This document shows, piece by piece, positions 58,240 to 64,000 of a DNA stretch of 64,000 nt. The position numbers and the translations under genes are program-made. The notes under the pieces are model-generated. The model did not search any database and was not told where the DNA came from. It saw only the letters and a list, made by a program, of their open reading frames with translations. The stretch is from Trichoplax adhaerens (taxonomy: Eukaryota; Animalia; Placozoa): the NCBI RefSeq assembly GCF_000150275.1, contig NW_002060948.1, positions 682,001-746,000 on the forward strand, given 5' to 3'. Every line of letters starts with the position of its first letter. Positions within the stretch are counted from its first letter, which is position 1.

Positions 58240-58920
58240 TGGTACAGTATATTGTACTGTACTGTACTGTACTGTGCAGTGTACAGTACAGTACAGTATT
58301 AAATCAATCAATCAATCCCCCCAAAATGATGATGAAAATGGTTTGCAATACTGTACAGTAGTAGAACTACAGTATACTCAGTAGCATGGACTTGTACAGC
58401 AAATACTCCAGGGTATCTCGAAGTCCATGTCAGTAGTAATAATAATAATAATATGTATTGGATTGGATGAAATACAAGAGCTATCAAATCAAACTGTTTC
58501 AACATTAGCTACTAGGAATACACCCACTGGACGTCTATCAACAATCGAGAAAGGAGAGCAATCCACTGACGTCAGTCCGTTCATCCTGTACTACAGATCG
58601 CAGTACGGACGTACTCGAGTAGCCCGAGGCTGAGCTAACGAAAGAATCCCAAGGAGGCCGATCCCTTTTACCGGTCATTTCAGTCATAGAGTCACTATGA
58701 ACTGTTCGATGCCTCACTACAGTACGGTAGTACTACCTAGTACTACCAGCGAATTTTTGGGCCATTGCCCTGTAAAATGACACCTACAGTACAGTACTGT
58801 ACACTGTACACTGTACAGTACTGTACAGATCAGAACGGCTTCGAACCGAACCGTTCCCAGGTCTACGCCTACAGTACGGCTCAGTGTACTGTACACTGTA
58901 CAGTACGGTACTGTAGGCAG
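58240..58920. repeat. TACAG-based palindromes and hairpins in the SAV/RALGAPB divergent intergenic region
   Basis: (ACTGT)n..(ACAGT)n mirror at ~58255-58298, GCCTACAGTAC...GTACTGTAGGC at ~58867-58918 and GAACGG...CCGTTC at ~58833-58856. Confidence 0.7.
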
Positions 58921-60405
58921 AGAGTTAACAGTACTCTACTCTAATTACCCATTGGGAAAAGTCTCACCCACTGGCTTACAGAAGTTCACTACTAACTGGA
59001 CGTTGCTTGTGTACTTTCCAGCTTGTCATTGCCTTTTTTCCTACGTGCATAACTAATTAGTGTTGAATCTTGCTCGCTACGAAAATTCAATCACTGAAAT
59101 TAACCATTAAACGACAGCAGTTATGTCAAGTTGTTAACCTTGGTGGGCTTTATTTTGCCGACTGGATTGAACTGATCCTGCTATTGTATGCAATAATCCC
59201 AAATTCATGTAAGGCTATATAGAAAAATGGGATTGCAAAAATTGCTAACATTACTTTCTTTGACACTGTCTCTCTTACATGCTACTCTATAGTCTACATG
59301 CTGGACGTTTAGATTTCACAGAGTTATACAGTAGTAGCGAAATGAAGAAGAGTCAATTAATTAATTTTAGGACAATGAATTTGTTAGTATATTCACTTTA
59401 TTGCAGCTATTACTGGCGTTATTAATATCTTTGAAACCTAAACCCTTTTCAGTAAAATACTGCAGCGCCTTTACTACAGTATTTGCAAAGATAGTGGACG
59501 TACAGTAAAAGTAAAAGAAAATGAAAGGAATACTACTAGAAACGCTCTCTTAATTCAATACCATTAGTAGTAGGTGTTGGGATGCAATAGACTGTGCCTA
59601 GGAGATAAACTTCTGTTACACTATTGATAGGATAGAAGAAAATGAATCAATCATGATGATAAAATCATTGTTAATCTGTTGTATTTTTGAAGACATTGAT
59701 CTTATACATGTACCTGGAGTGAGTTATTCTTCTACATAGCATTGTTGATCTTTGCAAATATACCGCGCTTGTGAATTGACCAACTGTTTTGTAAACGAAC
59801 ATCATACGTTAAATTAATATTGACGACCAATTAATCCTTTTTATAGACTATGGAGAATGAACTTGAATCTCTACAGTAGACAAAGCGATAGGTAGATTGA
59901 TGTTATAAATGACAATTTCTCCTATGCTATACTGTGTACAGTATATCAAGGTACTTTATGTAGTCAAATGCCCAGATCCTATTATACAATATAATTGATT
60001 AATTAATTATTTTATTGATTATGAACGCTGTACTCGACTGTTGAATGTACAGTATAACAAGAGTAGTGCCAATATTATCATCATTCTAAGATGCTGATGG
60101 GTAGTTGTGCTATTTATTTAAACCATTTAAAATATCATTTTAAAGAAGATATACAGTACATGCGTGTGCCCACAAGCAGATCGCTTCTCACACTTGATCA
60201 GCAAATTATACAGTATACAGTAGTATAGTATAGTACTATAATTCGCATGCGCTTGCCAATTTTGAAGGTAGCATAATATTCAAGTAAATTTGCTCTACCA
60301 TGGTACAGTTTACCTTCTAAAATATCCCTTTTACATCTTCTTTTATACTTCAGTAGAAACCAGTGAACGAAAAAAACCTACGCTCAATAAATTATTGTGG
60401 CCATC

Positions 60406-63400
60406 ATGTACAACGGTTGGGTTTCCGACAGTCAAGAAATTATCAACGACACCAGCTATCTCAGTGTTTTACATACTTTTCCCCTCAAAGTCAGTAAAGA
60501 CGTTACAAACGTTCTAGTAACCCAGTTCAATAAAGATCTTTGTGGAAATGTAGAATGCAAGATTTTAACTACCAGTCGCCAAGTTGACTGGGCAATGGAA
60601 GTTATTTGCTATGGACTAGCCTTGCCGGTAACTGAGAAAGATTCGTTACTATCATGTGTTAGTATCTACTCTGTTTGGCTTAGTGCTTTAGTGAAGCCAA
60701 AATTATCCATTCCTAAACCCGTTCTTAGAGAACCTGAGGTTTATGCAAGGAAAATATTTCAACATTTAAGAAATTTATTTGCACCACGCCCTGATGATGC
60801 CAACGATCCAATTTTGGTCCATTTTCAGGCTGGCCTTTGCGAAAAGATCCTCAATGATATGTTGATCATTTTGTGTGAGGCAAAAAAATTAACAAGGCAA
60901 ACATGGAACGACAGCCTTAAATATTTACTATGGATTACAGATTGTTTATTAGCTCCACCATTGCGAATAGGAAGTTTAGGTGAAATGCTATCCCGTAATT
61001 TACTTTCTACATTGTTTCGAGTTTGGCTCCTAGCATGTTCTGACTCATTTCCCGAGCCTCCATTATGGAAGGCTTTAAATGATATGTGTAAACGATGGAG
61101 GCATCATGACGTTCTCATTAAACAATGGAATGAATTAAGTTTAACCCTTACTCTACATTTAGATGTATTATTACACGGTAAATTTTCACATAAGCGTAGC
61201 TCCAATTTCGAATCGGATTATTATACCATAATAAGAAGATTATCCAAAAATGAATCTATTCAAAGTTGGTTTCGATTCTTACATATTATTGGCAATCCTG
61301 TTGAATTAAGTAGCTACGAAATAATTGCTCGAACTCCTAAATTAATGGAAGAGGTGTACAAAAGTGAATTACCGTTAGACTTTAGTCAAGTTGGGGGCCT
61401 TAATAAGCTACCGTTAATATTTTTAATAGTAATGCAGGGATTGTCTAATATTGTAAATATTTTTCTGCGTTGTGAGAGTCGCAGTATCTGTCAATTACAT
61501 AATTTTATTGTAATGACGACCCCAGGATTTCCTACTCGTATTAATGCATTACCATCCAATAAAGATATCATAAGAATATCTGACCCTACTGAAGGAAATG
61601 AGTTGCCAAATCCTGGAAATCTTACAAGTCATTCTGACTCGTTAGTTGCAAGTTTCAATACAAATACAATTGTACACCTTCTTGGGCAATGGCTATTTGA
61701 GGCCTCTCAAATTAAGGTATTCGCTTCGCTTACTACAGTAATGTCCTTTAAATCTGCAGTTTTAGTCCTTACTTTTAAAATAGAATATACTATTTTACTA
61801 TTTTTCCTTTTAATTACTACCGTTTTCGATTATGCGCGTATAATTACACTCTTACCGAGCTAGTAGCATATATTGGATAGAATCAGATCATTGTATTACA
61901 AATTGAGAACGTTACATGGTATACGTATCTATGTTGGTTGCAGATTCTTGCAGAAGCTAAAGAATTCGAAGCAGGAAAAGCTGAAGCTTGTGGTGCATTG
62001 TGTCGCTTATTCTCGACGGAAAGATGCGATAAAACATATCGTATAGATTACCTTAGTCGATTTTATAACACCGTTAAACTTGGACTCCAAATTAACGAGG
62101 TAGTGACAGTAATCGTTAGTATTGTTGTAACTACAAAATGATAAGACATACTCTCTCAGTTATAGAGAATTTTTATAATTAAATATATCTCAACTAAGAA
62201 TTTTTAACTAAATCTTGAACACAATCTTAATTATCTTATTCTTGACGTATTGCTAATTTAATTGTTCGAAGCATTTTTTGCTGACATAAAAAAGTTACCA
62301 TTTACTGCAACATATGACCCTTACAGCAAGTTAAAACTAGTTGATGACATTTTTAAATGTTTAAAATTTTTACAGGTTACTAAAGGGCAAACTATGGCTA
62401 ATATTATTCTCAATTCGGCTAATCTATTTCGATGCGATTTAAAAGGGGTACTTATTCTATTACCTCATTACATTCAAGCACTTGAAAAAATTCTACCATA
62501 CAAAGAACCTAAAATAGAGGCCAATGTTCCAAAAGGGGAATTAAGGCGATCAGCTATACACATTCTTCTGTCTATAACATCATTTCCATTTCATTTTTAT
62601 GATCTTCCAATTTATGGTGAGATACTAAGATACTTAGGGTTATGTTTGTGATATACAAGCGTTGACTAACCACTAATATATAATCAATATTGAATAAAAC
62701 AATTTGTGCTACGTATTACTTCAGTAAGCTAATTTAATTGATAAAATCTTGTATTAACACTAACAAGTACCTGACTTACTTAAATATTATATAGACTCAT
62801 CTCAAGGTGACACGAATAAACAAATGGAAGTTACAGTGTCTTCATTTCGTTTAAGAATTGTTAACCTAATGTTACAAGCTCTACAAACTGAGACTGACTC
62901 GATTAATACACAAATGCTTCTTGGTGGATTCTTGTTGTTAACCGAAGATACTGTTAGCCATTGCGATCGATGGAACAATACCAAATTTGACTTAAATCAA
63001 TTTGCGAAAACTCAAGTTTCAGATGATGTTGTAAGTAGCTAAAAATTATCTAGACAACATTATATTTGAATTAAAATTTTACGGAATTTTTACTAACTTA
63101 TCACCGCGTTAGAATTCGACAGGGAGTTTAAATTTCGGGGGAACCGATAGCGTAGATTCCGGTAAACTAAAAGAATTTGATACTATAATTTTATTCTTAC
63201 AAGTAAAGTATCGCTAACTAATGGCTACCTTTGGCATATGTTTTGAAAGATACTGCTTCATTAAGCACAACATCATCTAATGCACCATTAACATCAAGAC
63301 GTTCGGCATCGATCTTAGCTGAATCCTCCCTGAAGCCACGGTCTAATACGAGAGTTGAAAGCATTTCTTCTATACCTGAACCTGTAGAGCTTGTTTTTCC

Positions 63401-64000
63401 GAAAAGGATCATTCCACCTGAATACGGTAACTAAGAAGCTAGATTATTTACTACGTATTTAATCCATTTCTCTGTGATTTTTAAGATAAATACCATCATT
63501 TCATCTTGATTATCGCAGATCATCCCATAAGCCTTTACTATTTGTGCGTCTTGCTTATTGGGGAAAGATTGGGACCGCTATGGAAAGGGGATTTTAGCGT
63601 AACGTTAATGGCTTTGGATGTTCTATCAAACTTTGCCCATGTCCCTATTACTGCAGGTATAGTACAGTGTTTTTTCCACTACTAGTTGTTATTTTTTGAT
63701 TTAAAAATAAGCTTTAATAGTTTGTAAACATAGAACAATAATTTTATGATCATGAAATTGGACTGTAGACGCGCTATCAAGCAAAACGGTTATTGATCGC
63801 CTATGCCAATATATTGAAAGTCAAATTAGACGCCCACCTCGATACCAATCGCGTGATTTACATTCCATGATTGTAGCATCATTTTCATGCCTCTTAAGTT
63901 GGATATCATGTCACAACCAACTGATGGAAGACAAGGTCCAGATAACTACTTTATGTTTAAAGGATGATTATTATTGAAACTCTTTTCATAATGCCTACTC
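60406..64000 (+). CDS. RALGAPB: Ral GTPase-activating protein beta subunit, 5' part (continues past the window)
   Basis: MYNGWVS...SVLHTFP, QVDWAMEVICYGLALP, LFRVWLLAC...FPEPPLWK..WRHH, QSWFRFLHIIGNP, NTIVHLLGQWLFEA, EAGKAEACGALC and RDLHSMIVA. Confidence 0.95.

Overview
AT-rich, gene-dense eukaryotic (animal) DNA with many short GT-AG introns. The compactness and the abundant TACAG/CTGTA motifs suggest a placozoan (Trichoplax-like), which is an inference. I spliced about 13 genes by hand: a catalytically altered Harbinger/HARBI1-like nuclease (-), C19orf47-like (+), UQCC3/CBP4 (-), ZnT6/SLC30A6 (+), a secreted multi-EGF protein (+), CEBPZOS-like (-), GLO1 (+), FEZ/UNC-76 (-), MCM5 (+), Ena/VASP (-), a DnaJB-like protein with a degenerate J domain (+), a divergent Salvador/SAV1 (-) and RALGAPB (+, runs off the end). 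Twelve of them form six head-to-head pairs. Non-genic structure includes a 10-copy composite satellite with a foldable core, a 4x177-bp intronic satellite, a 4-copy 97/126-bp array with a degenerate type-I hammerhead-like fold, a Ty3/gypsy remnant, E2F sites upstream of MCM5 and an ARE/AP-1 pair upstream of GLO1. The best leads are the hammerhead-like array, the cryptic Salvador, the apparently domesticated Harbinger protein and the structured satellite. All homology calls come from remembered motifs, not database searches.
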